A DNA stretch of 64,000 nt from Chrysomallon squamiferum (Eukaryota > Animalia > Mollusca): the NCBI GenBank assembly GCA_012295275.1, contig CM022672.1, positions 30,752,001 to 30,816,000 on the forward strand, read 5' to 3'. A model generated the notes under the pieces. It did not search any database, was not told the DNA's origin, and was given only the letters and a program-made list of their open reading frames with translations. Below are positions 1 to 40,716 of this stretch, one piece after another (the first letter of the stretch is position 1; every line of letters starts with the position of its first letter). Both the position numbers and the translations under genes were made by a program.

Positions 1-126
1 GACTTTTTTCTTTTTATTTCCTTCTTCTTTTTTTCTTTCTTTTATTTTTAAAATGACGAAAGTAATAAGCGGATGTTTCCCTTTTTAAATTTTATTTATT
101 TTTTCTTTTTCTTATTTTATTTTTAT

Positions 127-178
<52 letters not shown>

Positions 179-723
179 GTGTCTGTGTGTGTTGACGTAA
201 TTACTTAACTTTTGGCACTAAAGAACCACGTATTACGTGTGCTCCACAGGGAAATCATTTTGTGTCACTTGATTTTTAAAAACTGTAATTGATGACGACA
301 TTTCACAAAGTCCGGTGACTTTATGTTACTAAATATAGCATGGTATTTCTCTAGTGTAAAAATGAATTACTGGTTGCGCAAGTGAGCAAAACCGAGTCAG
401 CTGGAGTGACTCTGAAAGTTTCGTATTTCTAGCTCTACTAGTGTTATTTTTAACTTTGCCGCTGACGTCAGAGATAATTTATTAAAGAAAATAAATTATC
501 AGACGAGAGATAATATTAATTTCACCTATTTTGGTATTCACACAAAAAAAAAAGTACTTTTTTTTTTCTACATTCGTGCTAAAAATATGTTTTCACTTCT
601 GATTGTTTTTGACAGTAAAAATAATGAAATTGAATGTAGTAACTAAAGGACTCTTTTTAAAATAATTAAATAATGAAATATTCTAAGATTAGATACGACC
701 CAATTATAATGGTTGAGTTTATA

Positions 724-948
724 GTAATAACACAAGGCCCGCGAAATTAACAGTCTTACATACTGAGTAGGTAAAATCAAAAGGTAATTTATTTATTTAC
801 TTTACTTTATTTTACTTTACTTTTCTTTTCTTTTCTTACTTATGTATTTATGTATTTATTTGAGTATCTTGTAATAACACAAGGCCCACGAAAATTAACA
901 GTTGTGTATACCGAGTAGGTAAAATAAAAGGTGATTTATTTATTTACT
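724..948. repeat. Short direct duplication (~75 bp x2)
   Basis: gtaataacacaaggccc..gaaa.ttaacagt...gagtaggtaaaat..aaaggt.atttattt at 724 and 871. Confidence 0.8.
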
Positions 949-1877
949 TACTTATTTATATATTCATTCATTCGTTTATTTGTTCAATTATTTATTTATT
1001 TATTTATTTATCTTCTTACTTTTTTCTTATTTATAGCTTTTTTTAAATTTGTATTGTTATTACTCTTATTGTTGGTTGTTGTTGCTGTTGGTATTATTAT
1101 GATTATTATTGTTGTTGTTATTGTTATTATTGTTGTTGTTGTTGTTATTGTTATTATTATTATTATTATTATTATTAGTAGTAGTAGTAGTAGTAGTAGT
1201 AGTAGAAGTAGTAGAATTTTTGCTTATCTTTCTTTCATTCATGTTCTACGTATTTCAACGCCCTCTCTTCCTTAATGTTCAGTTATAAATAAAAATGCGA
1301 TCCAGTATTGGAACTAGACTGGTCATTGTTTAATACTGGGCGCGTGTGAGGTCAGTCTTAATCAATTCCTTGATATGTAATTTTAATGACGGATGCATGG
1401 GTCAGTGACACTGGTTTTTCTTACAAATCTCTGTATCTTCCGTTACCTCGTCATCATCACAATCATCATCAACATCAACATTTCTTCCTTTTTTACGTCG
1501 TCGTAGTAATCAACGCTGATGTTAAGTGTTGCTGAAGTAGTCTCTTTGTCATCTTAATATTCTTTTGAGACAACTGAAATCGAGCTGTGAGCCGAAAGAA
1601 AAAAAACCCATAAATCCTCTCTCCTCGCAAATTTTCAATAACGAAATCTTCAAATCCAGATTAAGAAAGAGCGGCGCAGTTTTTATTGGTGTCGTAATGG
1701 CTTCTCGCAACATTACAGTCAACACTTCAGTCGCCAGGAGTCATTGAGAGGGAAAATAATTTTAGAAGAAAATAAAGAGAGAACGAATGAAACTATTAGC
1801 GGCGTCAACTGAAGCTTTTAACGAGCAGCTGAGACGTTTACTGTTTTCATAGCATCGTTTACAGTGCAGCCATCAGT

Positions 1878-1884
1878 GATAGGA

Positions 1885-1968
<84 letters not shown>

Positions 1969-2087
1969 ATAATATCGTTTACTAATAATATGAATAATTA
2001 TTTTACTTTTCTCTTTCTTTCTCTCTCTCGCTGTCTGTCTTTCTCTTTCTATGATAACGTTTACTAATAATATCAATAATTATTTTA

Positions 2088-2159
<72 letters not shown>

Positions 2160-2222
2160 ACAGTATCGTTTACTAGGTTGCGATCAATATTATAAATAAT
2201 TTATTTGACTTTTCTCTCTCTG

Positions 2223-2291
<69 letters not shown>

Positions 2292-2300
2292 CGCTCGCTC
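1878..2300. repeat. Compound (CT)n microsatellite with a triplicated spacer
   Basis: (CT)n tracts separated by three similar copies of at.tcgtttacta...aataatt.ttt.actttt. Confidence 0.85.
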
Positions 2301-2942
2301 GAGTTGTTATCTATCTGTCTATCTGTCTCTGTGTTTGTTTTTAATTTATCTGCAAACAACACCTACCTCTGTGTATATCTGTTTGTCTGTCTGTCTATGT
2401 GTCTATTCTTCGGTCGGGAACATGTATATTTCTTAGACTGTCATTCTTTACAATTGTATCTCTGTCGGTGTACCAACACACTCTGTTATTATTGTTATCA
2501 CTGTCTTGTTACTACTACGACTACTACTACTGCTGCTGCTGCTGCTGCTACTGCCACTATTAATACTACAACTGCTGCTACTACTTCTACTACTGCTACT
2601 ACTGCTACTACTACTACTAGTAGTATTATTATAAAAAGTAATTAATATGACTTTACGTCTATACAGAATATCAAATAGTTTGCAGTAAAACCACGAGCTG
2701 ATAACAGTGTAAATAGTGTGCAGCTGTTACACAAATTAATACCTCTTAGGATATAGACGTTACGACTACGTCACTAAAATAACACTTTGATTTTCCTTTT
2801 TAATTTCTCTTTTCTTTTCAGCTTTTTCCTTTTTCGATTATTATTATTATCAGTAGTAGTAGTAGTAGTAGTAGTAATAGTAGTAGTAGTATAGACAAAA
2901 CAAGATAAGACAAGACATTATCATTATCGTTACTGTTATAGT

Positions 2943-2974
<32 letters not shown>

Positions 2975-3015
2975 TTCTTCTTCTTTTTCTTTTCTTCTTC
3001 TTCTTAATATTATTA

Positions 3016-3071
<56 letters not shown>

Positions 3072-4112
3072 TTCTTTAAATGAAACATTGATTGCTGAGA
3101 GTCAAGGCATGCTCGTTACATTTCGTTCAGTTCGCGATAATCTCTAAGTGATCATTTGAAGATTACTAACGCTCGAGCTGTCCTGAATGAAAATTTGTCT
3201 TTCTCTCGCCAATTTGCTTATTCTCCATTTAAAGCGCTGCTCTCTCGTTCATGGTTCAGAGAATTTACTCTTCGTTTGTCGTATATTATACAAAAAAAAA
3301 GAATTAAAAACAGCTACATCGAGACCTCACTGGAACCTGCACATTTTTAACGATGAATCTCCATAACTCTGTACAGACTGAACCGCCCGGTCTATTAATA
3401 TCTGGATCCGTGCCGTTAGCGGATGACGGAAGCATTTCGATGATTGATGACGCAGATATGACATTACGTCATAAATCTGTAAATTTAATCTTTGAAATGG
3501 AAACAATTACTGATCAGGAAGTTTATTAACGGCCAAGGGTGAACGTCACATTAATAAATGAACGAACGTGTGCGGAAGGATGGATGAATAATGGATGAAT
3601 AATGGATGAGCGAAATGATAGAAGATCGAGCAACTCGATGTGCTAAAGAAAAATGAAATAAGGGCTGAATTAATGATGACCAGTGATTCTGTAACAAAAC
3701 ATTTCGACTATTAGTAAAAAAATTAAATAATAATTATAAAACATTTTTTTTAAAAGAAATTGTAATGTGTAATAATAACACACACCAAAAACATTATTTA
3801 TTAAGGTACAGTGTAAATAATTATTAAAAAAAATCTTTATGAAGACGATGACAGCAGAAACAAACAAATCATTCAAATAAGCAGAAAAAATTAAAATTAA
3901 TTTTTATATTATTAATTTATTTTTCAATCGTAAATGAGCTTTCGCATTTTTTATTCTTATTTTTTTTTAAATTAATATAGCTATTTATACACTGAACTCT
4001 TCAGTCTGTTTTATTTAATTAACAATACGAATTCAATACGAACTAACTAAATAAAATAATTAATAATACACACAGAAACTAGATTAGTATGATAAACTGG
4101 TTAGTTTGTTTA

Positions 4113-4164
<52 letters not shown>

Positions 4165-4166
4165 TT

Positions 4167-4334
<168 letters not shown>

Positions 4335-6248
4335 TTCTTTCTAACTTTCCCGTCCTTCCATGATGTCCGTGAAAATGAATATAGAATGAAAAAAACATTT
4401 ATAAATAAATGAACATTCTCCTCATTGAAACTATAAATCTTTATTTCTTTATTACTTTTTATTATTATTATTTTATTTCTTATCCTTTTTTTATACTTTA
4501 ATTATTGAAATTTTCTTTTCTTCTTTCTTTTGTTTTTTTAGGCCAGATTTCTTTTATTTATTTCTTTTCCTTCGCTTTAATAAGTTAGAATTAAAAATAA
4601 AACTAAGACCAATGTCCTAGCTTACGCTTTTATTTAAATTCATTATCAAATATTTCAATTCGTTCTTGACAGTTTTATCGTGTTGATATAAACCAGTCGA
4701 AATTAATTCCGCTGCTTGATATCTGTTTCATATTAAAGCCTCGACAACCAGAACTTTACAATAATAATCACATTATTTCGTAGTCTTTAAAAAAAAAAAA
4801 AAAAAAAAAAAATCAGTCTCGATCAACACAGTCGTAAATTTCGTACTGCCGCTCGAGGATTTCACGCCCTCGAGACTTTCCGGAAGTTTTTGTCTCGATT
4901 TGCAGAGTCGTTCTGTGTTGCTACTGGGATTCATGAATAGTCTGTATGTGAGTTTGAAGCGAAAAACGAAAAACAAAAAACTTTCGTAGGGGCTCGCTTG
5001 AGAGTGATTTAACTAATGTGAAAATAGCCAGCTGAAATCTCTGTCTTTTTTCACAGTTAAGTGAGAGCAACAAGAAACAGACAGACATACAGATACTAGA
5101 TGGATGGATGGATGAATGGAACTGAATTGATGGCTGTTTGGATACATGGTTGAATATATATACTATAAAAAAAATGTACATACGTATGTACACAAAAACA
5201 GAAAGATACACGGCGAGACAAACAGACGTGTAGCTACAGATACAGTATACCACATACACATACATACATAAATTAGGTAATTTATTATCACAAGTACACT
5301 TTAATAAACAATAAATAAATAAGAATTAATAATATAAAATGAATGAATGAATGAATGAATAAATAAATAAATAAATAATCATCATCATCACATGAAAGTT
5401 CAGCATAAGAAATGTATTTAGTTTATTTATTCGCAATATACGTTCTGAATTCACATAAATATATTTGAGCTCTGTGACCACTTTGCTACGGATAACCTGT
5501 CCCAGTATCAGTATTCTGTTTTCGTAAAACTCTTTAGCTCTCGGAAACTTGTTTTGACGTCAGAGTCATGTGTTTACATTTAACAAGTTATGACGTAATA
5601 AGAACTACATGCGAGTATGATAGTCCTTCATGTTAAACTTCCACGTATGATACATTTTGTTATTATATATCTGTAATACACTTTTCTCTATACTGTAAAC
5701 CTACAGTTGATGAGAATAAAATTCAGTCACTGAGAATATTTGAAAAAAAGTGTTAAAGTTTTGTTTGGTTGCTTTTGTTGTTTTATTTTTTTTTTCTTCT
5801 TCTTTTTTTTTTTTTTTTTTTTTTTGCTTTTTTACAAACTATGCTAATTTTCAATATTTCATTACTATCATTTTGATATATATTCGTCACTCAACATTAA
5901 TTGTTTTAATAGCGATAAGGGAATAATTATAAGTGCTTTCTCCATTAATGTCTTTTTCGATTATTTCTAATGAAACTGAATGAACTGGGAAAGGACCCAA
6001 AGGTCCGATAAGAAGAGTGAACTGTAAATCTGCAAGATAGCTTAACTGTGTTTATTTTCTTTTATTGCAGCTGTTATTTTAGGGTTTTTCTTTTTGTTGC
6101 TGTTTTGTTTTTGTTTTTCTTTGTTTGTTGTTGTTGTTTGGGTTTTGGGGTTTTTTTAGGGAGTTGTTTGTTCTTGGATTTTTGTGTGTTGGTGTTTTTG
6201 TTTTGGTTTTTCTGGGGGTTTTCTTCGTATTTTCTTCTTCCCTATTTT

Positions 6249-6280
<32 letters not shown>

Positions 6281-6649
6281 CATTTTGATCTTATTGTCGT
6301 TATTCTTGGTTGTTATTTGTATCATCATCAACTTCACTTTTATTTATTTATTTATTTTGATATTCTAATTATTATTATTATTTTTTTTTCTATCGTACCC
6401 TTGATTGCTTAAAGGTTCCACCTGCAGAAAGAGCGAGTCACACAGTTTGTTTATCAACACACTTCTCCATTCTCTTCACCGTACCCAGTCTAAACGAATT
6501 AAACTGTCTAACTGCTTAAACTGACCGTATCAATCAGTCGAGTTATAAAAATAAACTGTGTAATTACTGGATTAACTACAACGGCGATCAGCACTAAGCG
6601 GATTTACGAACACTGACCCTGGTTGACATTCTTCAACAACAACAAAAAA

Positions 6650-7150
6650 TAATAATAATAAAATAAAACGACGCCATTTTTCTCCTTCACTTCGGCTCTC
6701 GGATAAGATCGATAAAAAAAAAAAATTAGCAAATTACAACTTCAGACGGGTAGGGTCCTTGGAAAACGACAAGTCCTGCAGAAGTCCAAGCACCTTCAAT
6801 TAGATTTTCGCTTTCCCGGACTGGTAATTCGCCGTTATCCGATTCTAACCCAATTACAGACAAATTAAGACGGACGTTGGGGCAACACGTCGTATACCTT
6901 TTCAAATCCTTCCGCTCGCTCTCGGCTAATTACGAGAAGAGCTTTCGGAAATTTTGTGTCGTCTGCTGCCGTCCGGCGCCGGGAAAATGCTTTAATTTTA
7001 TCAGAGCTGTCAACGTCACCAGCTCGTGCTCGCGAGAGAACGAGAACGAGGCTGAAGAAGACTGCTCCGCTTGACACGTGCGTCACAGTTTAAAGACGCT
7101 TCTTTCGCGGGTCGGAACATTCCGAAAATTGCTTTCTGGAATTAAATGCA
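6650..7150 (-). promoter_or_regulatory. CpG-rich island, possible promoter or 5' UTR of a gene running leftwards
   Basis: Local GC/CpG enrichment, minus-strand aaaatggcg motif at ~6672-6680, and a possible small minus-strand exon 6421-6399 (cag|...|gtacga). No coding exon was confirmed. Confidence 0.3.
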
Positions 7151-7405
7151 AAGAAAGCTGTTAGGATGTTACCTTCGTTGAGTTATTGACTTAGACTATC
7201 GATTAAGTGTTACTGTTTACTGGGAAACAGAATTTTGGAGTATTTTTAATTCGTTGGGTTGTATGTAGTATTTGTATTTACGCAGTAGTACTTTTGTGTT
7301 TTATTTATTTATTTAGTTTACACTTGAAAATAAAGCGGACTGGAAAAATAGTTACATGTGTTTGTAAATATGTCTCCACGATAAAAGTGGGGAAAAGCAA
7401 CAAGA

Positions 7406-7481
<76 letters not shown>

Positions 7482-7870
7482 ATACTAAACGAAATTTTCG
7501 TACGTTAGCAAATACATTTGTAACAAAAGATTCAAAATGACAAAACAGACCAGATCAGTAATTTACAGCAAATCACGTGCTAGATGAAATAATCCTTATA
7601 ATTAGCTCGGAGATTAACTTTATCCAGCTAAAACACGTGACATGGATTATGAACTGTAGTTGTGTAAACAACAGAGGACATTAACCTGTTGAAAGGAAAT
7701 CTAATTCGTTTAAAGATGTTTCTCGGTGAATTTTTGGCTGTCCACGAAACGTGAAGCAAGTCTAGGTGTTGATCTTTCAGTACAGGTGTTTTGCGGAAAC
7801 AGCACGAATTTGTTGCTTTAATTGCTTTAAATAAATGATGATTTGGGTTCAAGTTTCGCAATAATAATAA

Positions 7871-7901
<31 letters not shown>

Positions 7902-8441
7902 AAATTCTTCTTCACCCTTTTCGCAATCATTTTTCATTACTGTAATCTGCTGTAAGTCATTTACATATTATTATTAATATATAAGAGAACGTTCATATAT
8001 ATATAAAATAAAAATATAAAATCCTCTTTAGGCTGTTTGATATTTTTATTTAGTAAAATTATAATTATTTTCCCGTTCCAGCCAGTAAAAAGAAATCAAT
8101 GGGAATTTAACAGCTGCAGTAATTTTGTACATTTTATATTTCCTATGAACAGGTTAAGAATCCATGACACGCTTCGTGAACATTATTAACCAACAACCGT
8201 GTCGAGGTATTTTCGGTGCCTGTTTTATAGCGACTTAACATCATTAGTATTACTACTACTACTACATCTGCTACTAGATAATATCAATACCTCTAGTACT
8301 ACTACTACAACCAAAACCCAACGCTGCTGTTAGTAAATACTATACTACTATTACTAGAGCAACCAGTGCAATCGAAGCCACTGCTAATATTATTACCAAT
8401 ATTGCTGCTGCTGTTGCTACTGTTACTAATATTACTTCCAC

Positions 8442-8479
<38 letters not shown>

Positions 8480-8497
8480 GTAATCATAATAATAATA

Positions 8498-8529
<32 letters not shown>

Positions 8530-9419
8530 TAATAATAAATTCTTTAAAGTTTATGTATATGTATATGTACTTACAAGTCTTTTTTGGTAAACATCATTAA
8601 AATTCATAACAGTACGTTCGTGTTAATTAATTTCCATTTTTAAATTAAAACTACAATAAAACATAAAATGTATTGACCGCACTGTTGAAGACACGTATGA
8701 CGTCACAACAATAGAACGACGTAATGTTTTTGTTTGTACGCATTAGTAAAAGATGAAAAAAAAAAAATATATAAGACGAAAAAGAGTGTGAAAATAGGTA
8801 AATATAACATACAGTTATTAATTAATTAATATTAATGTCAATTTATTTTTTCGGTTTACAGCTACAAATAAATATTTATGAGTATGTAATTATTTATACC
8901 TGTTGTGATTTATTTATTTATTTATTTACTTACTTATTTATTTATTTAACTATCTACTTATTTACTAATAATGTTATTTTATTTTTGCAGTTTACAGCTA
9001 TAAATATTTACATTTATTAATTATTTGACAATATCGGATATACAAATTTTCTATCCTCCATTATTTAATACAATTAGTGTAAGTCATTAGCTTTTAAAAC
9101 GCAGTAGCTGAAAGTTTAAAATCGTCGTTCATACATTTCTGGTAAACCGTTTCATTTCCCTAAATCTCTGCAGAAATTCCGCGCGAAAATATAAATAGAA
9201 ATGACTCAATATTATCAAATCATTTCCGGGTTCGACATAGACTGATCCTTTCACGTACGAGTTGCTACGGAGAATATATTCGTAACAGCGTAGTACTCAT
9301 TACAAAACCAGTCTATAATTTCCAGCCAGTTTGTTGATATTTTGATAACGTTTTTACATGGAAAGCAGTAAGACAGTTTTAAATATATAAACAGCATTTG
9401 TGTCCATCATAATTTCAAA

Positions 9420-26685
<17,266 letters not shown>

Positions 26686-27329
26686 TATGACATGAATTAA
26701 AAAAAAAATTAAAAAAAATAAAGAATCGAGAGAAAAGCTAGTGTATAAACAGAAGTGACGTTTTCATTAAGGTTGTGAATTTTCTTCAATTATTATTATT
26801 TTTTTTTTTTTTTTTGGTGAGGATGTTTGTGTTTTAATTTTATTTATTTATTTATATATTTATTATAACCATTTTTTTTTTTTTAAATTATCATTAATAT
26901 TATACTTTTTGATGTAGAGCAAAAGAAGACTTCTTATTAACATTCAAGATTATTACTTTATTTTTAGCAAAGATTGTGTTTCACTTTGAAACAAAACAGT
27001 CATTTGTCCATATGAAGAATGCATTTAGAATATATATTTTCATAGCTCTGTATTAAGATTTGATAACACATTTGAGTTCGTGTTATTTGGAAAATACATA
27101 TCTTTCATATATTCAAGATTATATATCGTTTATTTTAAAATTTCTATTTTTTAACAGAACGTCTTGTGATTTTTTACCTCTTGTTATTATAATACATATA
27201 TCATAATAAAATATTGTTTCTGTAGAATATATTCAGGGTTTTTTGTTTTCTATGTGCCTGTGAAATAAACATTATTGATAGAGATTTTTGAAATGTTTAA
27301 ACAACCAAATGAATGCTGGAAAAAAGAAC

Positions 27330-27365
<36 letters not shown>

Positions 27366-29690
27366 TGTTTTTGCTGGTTATTTGAAGTTGAAGTCAATCC
27401 TGCATGTTACAGCTGACAACAATCTGTGTGTGTATGTATGTGCGTGTGTATGTGTATGTGTGTGACTGGGTGTGTATATGTGTATATGTATTTTATTTTT
27501 TATTTATTTATTTATTTTTTTATTATTATTTTTCGACTTCGTATTTTTTACCAAATCACCCAGCAGATAACAGTTACGCAAAACTTAGTCTGGTCAGGGT
27601 AATTTAAAGAAATAACAACAAAACATGGGATAACACATTCCCGTACGGTTGCTATATTTCTAATTTAATTTATGTCTACTGTATTCAGATTGAGAACTAA
27701 CCAAACAAAACCATAAAATATAAATGAATACTTAGCAATGCAGACGTTTCTTTCAAAGCGCATTCAGACTCCAGCTACATTACGTCATATGACGTCATTC
27801 AAATAAGCATGACCAGTAGAAAATAAACTCTTAGAAACCCAGACATTCCTTTCACAGAACTAATACAGTCTGACTGGGTTAGACCCAAGCAACAATATAC
27901 CGATATGACGTCACTGGATTATTATTCAAAGTAGTAGTTGTGGCAGTGGTTGTAGTAATTGTAGTAGTAGTAGTAGTAGTAGTAACAAGACCTTCTGTAT
28001 AACACGTAAATACATTTAAATGAAAATAGCGAACTGCAAAACTCTTTCTTGTTACGGTCTAGATTTGTCTCCCTTGGTAAGGGCGTATAGTATCAAGCTA
28101 TGTAGTAGGTAGGTTAATGACGTCATTGCATTATCCGAAAAATAATAACGTCAAAGGATATTCCGTCATTGCATTATTATTATTTAAATTCATTCTTAAA
28201 ATAAAATACTGCGAGATTTTAAGCAATAAAAAATTATGCTGATAAATGTTTCACTATTGGTAGAAATATATTTATCTACATATTTCCTTCAAACGGACAT
28301 AAATTCGGAAACCACTACTACTACTACCACATTACTAATGCTACTACTACTATTAATAATAATATTGCTTAATATTACTATCATTATTGTTGTATTTGTA
28401 TTATTTATTTATTTATTTATTTATTTATTATTGTTGTTGTTGTTCTTTTTCAACTATGTCGATGCAATTTTTCGTCTTACAAAACTAAGTGAGAAGGTAC
28501 TTTCCTAAACAGAATCTATAACAAAATTAACAAGTAATATAAGGTCTTACAAGTGCTGATACAATCACTGGAACCAATCAGTTATTGGTAACAACCAGTT
28601 TAACAAAACGATTAAAATAATGCTGAATGTTAGTAATCATGTATTTGTTTATGACAAGTAACACTTGTTGAGTGATTTTGACTAATCCACAAGAATGGTT
28701 GTATTACAGAAAACAATGGGATTTTCTGAAAACTAAATAGCTGCACAATCATATCTGATGTTAAGAATTAAATTTTTATTTATTTATTTTAAATAATATT
28801 TTAGCTGCTAATGCAGGTTCAGACCTTACTGGTTTTGAAAAATAGTGACAACTGGCTGCCTTAGACAGGTGGCTGTTCTACAGAGGTCAAATACTACATG
28901 CTTACCTTCTTATCAATGAGATCTCTCAAGTGATGTCATCTGCGGTTATTTTCATTTCATTACATTAAAAACAAAAATTATGAACATGCAGAAGACATCA
29001 AAGAATTATTTATTTTTAAAATTTTTGGCTTTGGTATAATGTTTACACAATATTTCCAAAAATATAAATAACTATAATCTTAACAGTACTGAAAGAATGA
29101 AGAAAAATTTACATACAAACAAAAACAAAACAAAATAATAATAATAATAATAAATAAAGAAAAAAAGTAATAAATGAATAAAATAAGTATGAAGAAGAAA
29201 AAAATGACACAAAGGAAGAAGAAAAAAAGGCATGAATAAACAATATTTATTTATTTATTACAGAGCAGGTACTACTATAAATTTACTTTCTTTTCAACAA
29301 TATTAAATTATTTTATATTACAAGCTAGCAATAATTAAATAAAATAAATCAGACCTGCCTTACATTATTTATTTTCCAATATAATGTCACAATTTCAAAA
29401 TAAAACTTTAAAAAAATGAGGCTTTAAAATAAAAATGAATGATTTTAACACGAACATGGAACTATGATTTCTGGTGCACGGCCGTAAAGCAGAAAAAAAT
29501 ATATATAACTATAAATAAAGTGTCATGCACATCAGTAACAGTCTCAAAATGTTTCCATGGCAACTGAAATTGTAATGCCCCTTCATCGTTGCCACTAATT
29601 ATTTTTAATCCAGTTGATGTTACGATGGAATCACCAAAATGAGGAGGCAACCTCAAACACAGCCCAGATGACAAACACCAGCATCTCCAT

Positions 29691-38442
<8,752 letters not shown>

Positions 38443-39450
38443 TTTTTAAAACTAAAATAAAAGCAACAGACATTTTGAGTGAAAACAGGAATAAAAATTA
38501 AAATAATAAATTAATTAATATTAATAATAATAATGTTCTTATGCTTAAAGTTTCCCTAAACAACAAATACCAAGGACAGATATTTTCTAACATATTTAAT
38601 TTTAATCATAGTAAGATGTTACTATTCTCTATTATTAAGAAATAAAAATAGAACTCTGAAATAAATGTTATCTAAGTCAAAAAGCAGAATAGTACATTGC
38701 TTACTGAATCTTCAGCAATCTAAAATAATGTATTTCTATATTTATCTAGCCAATGTCATTTAATTTCACTACACTCATTATTACACGTTTGATGAACATT
38801 TTATGTATAGTCAATATATGAAATTTGACTAACATTAATTGTATTGTTAACAATACCATGAAATAAAGACACTAAAATATAAATTCTGTTTTAATGTTGT
38901 GAAATTAAATGTGACAGATATGGTAATGAACTGTGATGATTAAAATTTCGTAAATTTTCTGAGATCTAAATTTCTTTGATCAGTTCCAACATTCCTAACC
39001 AATATTATAAGTTATATTTAATAACTATTAAAGTATAATAGTATTTAAAAAATGTATGGCCCGTAACGTTTACAATTTACTATGCTGTGAATACATTTAA
39101 ATAAGCTTATCATCTTTATGTATATTGATACCTGCCAGAGGTATCTTATCATAAATATAATGATTATATTCATTACTTTGTTCTGAAATTTAAAATATAT
39201 ATAAAATATAATAAAGAAAGCATGATCTAATTTAAAAGTTATACAACGAATCCATGGAAAATAATTGCCAAATGTCATGAAATCAGAAATCATGGTGACT
39301 GAGTCACTAACAGTAACACGATTTATACCAGCAAACTTTCAAAAATGTCTTCAAAATAAAATTAATGATAGCTGCTCCTCAAAACAGCAAAGAGTTTTCT
39401 CACAAAACAATCCACAGATTATTTTTTATCTAATAACAAAGTTAACGTAC

Positions 39451-40607
39451 CAAACTAATCACTAACAAATACTTTCTTTTTTCGCTGATACAGGAAACCA
39501 CTGGCACCAAGGTTGCGAACTGCGCATGACGAAATGGAAATCAAACCATACTGTAATGAATCCTGATTTACGTTTGGGTCAGACCTACATTAAAATATGA
39601 AGATTTGTAGCTGCATTGCAAATAAAATTATTTTATTATATTTATCTCAGAGATAAGGTATTTTATATCGAGAAACTTATTAAAATATGCATAGCGACTA
39701 CTTTTGATTCCCGTAGAAAATTAACACAAAGTAGTGGTGTCTAGCTTAAATAGTTAGATTTGCATTTGGGATGACATTATTTCGATATGGGACAAGTTTA
39801 ATGTATTTTATCTCAATTTAAATGCAGAAGGATTACCAGTCGAATGGCGCCAACAAATAAAGCATGTATAAATTTCTCTTGAATTGAAATTGACCATTTC
39901 GTAAATGGTATAATTTATTTCTAATATTTACATGTTTAAGGCTCTTTACTATTTCTACTTTGTACTTGTAGTATTTGTACGCGAGATTATTTACTTATTT
40001 ATTTATTATTCCAATAGTAATAAATATTAGAATAACAAATAAATATATTAAACACTACTCACACTAGTATAATAAGTAGTATTATTAGTTAATCTATTAT
40101 CTTAGTATATCTAGTATTAATACTATTATTAGTATTAATTATTATTAATTTACTATACAAGTTTCATGATAACTTATAGTTTTATACATACTTAAAATTA
40201 TATTTATAGATGCACCAAGTGCTCTGTACTGTAACAGTGTTATTTATTATTTATACGCAAACAATTGCTAAGTAAATTAATAAGTAGTTTTACAAATTAA
40301 ATATCACGAGACGTCGTCACTGAATTTTGAAATAACTTTATAAAAAGGGTTTCTGATTCTTCCAATATACTGTTATTATAGATATGTAACTTCTAAACTT
40401 GTGCAATAAAATTATATATAATTAATCTTAAAATATAGTATAATAGTATTTTTTAAAGTTCCTCTACATGAAATTTCATTAATTATTTTTAATAATTTTT
40501 TTTATATATACTCTTTCCTTTTATGAATTACTGTTAAACAGTCTATAGTATTAATATCAAAAATTCAAATAATCATTTGGCAGATAATTGATAAGTGAAG
40601 ACTCGAA
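39451..40607. promoter_or_regulatory. Divergent (head-to-head) promoter region of CSNK2B and POLE3, including a probable non-coding first exon of CSNK2B ending at 39451
   Basis: The CSNK2B ATG exon has an acceptor at 38452-38453, so an upstream non-coding exon is likely. A minus-strand donor G|gtacgt lies at 39451/39450 near CpG-retaining sequence (tgcgaactgcgcatg ~39514-39528). POLE3 ATG is at 40608 on the + strand. Confidence 0.6.
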
Positions 40608-40682
40608 ATGGCAGAGAGACCTGAAGATTTGAATTTGCCAAACGCTGTTGTTACCAGAATTATCAAAGATGTGGTGAGAATT

Positions 40683-40716
<34 letters not shown>

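Noticed and set aside
1447-1531. Minus-strand segment with cag...GAG|gtaacg that looks like an exon
   Set aside because: The only open frame is low-complexity (MLMLMMIVMM), with no recognisable homology or partner exons.
9220-9240. ggttcgac B-box-like motif upstream of MVP, considered as a vault RNA gene
   Set aside because: Incomplete B box, with no matching A box, terminal stem or oligo-T terminator arrangement.
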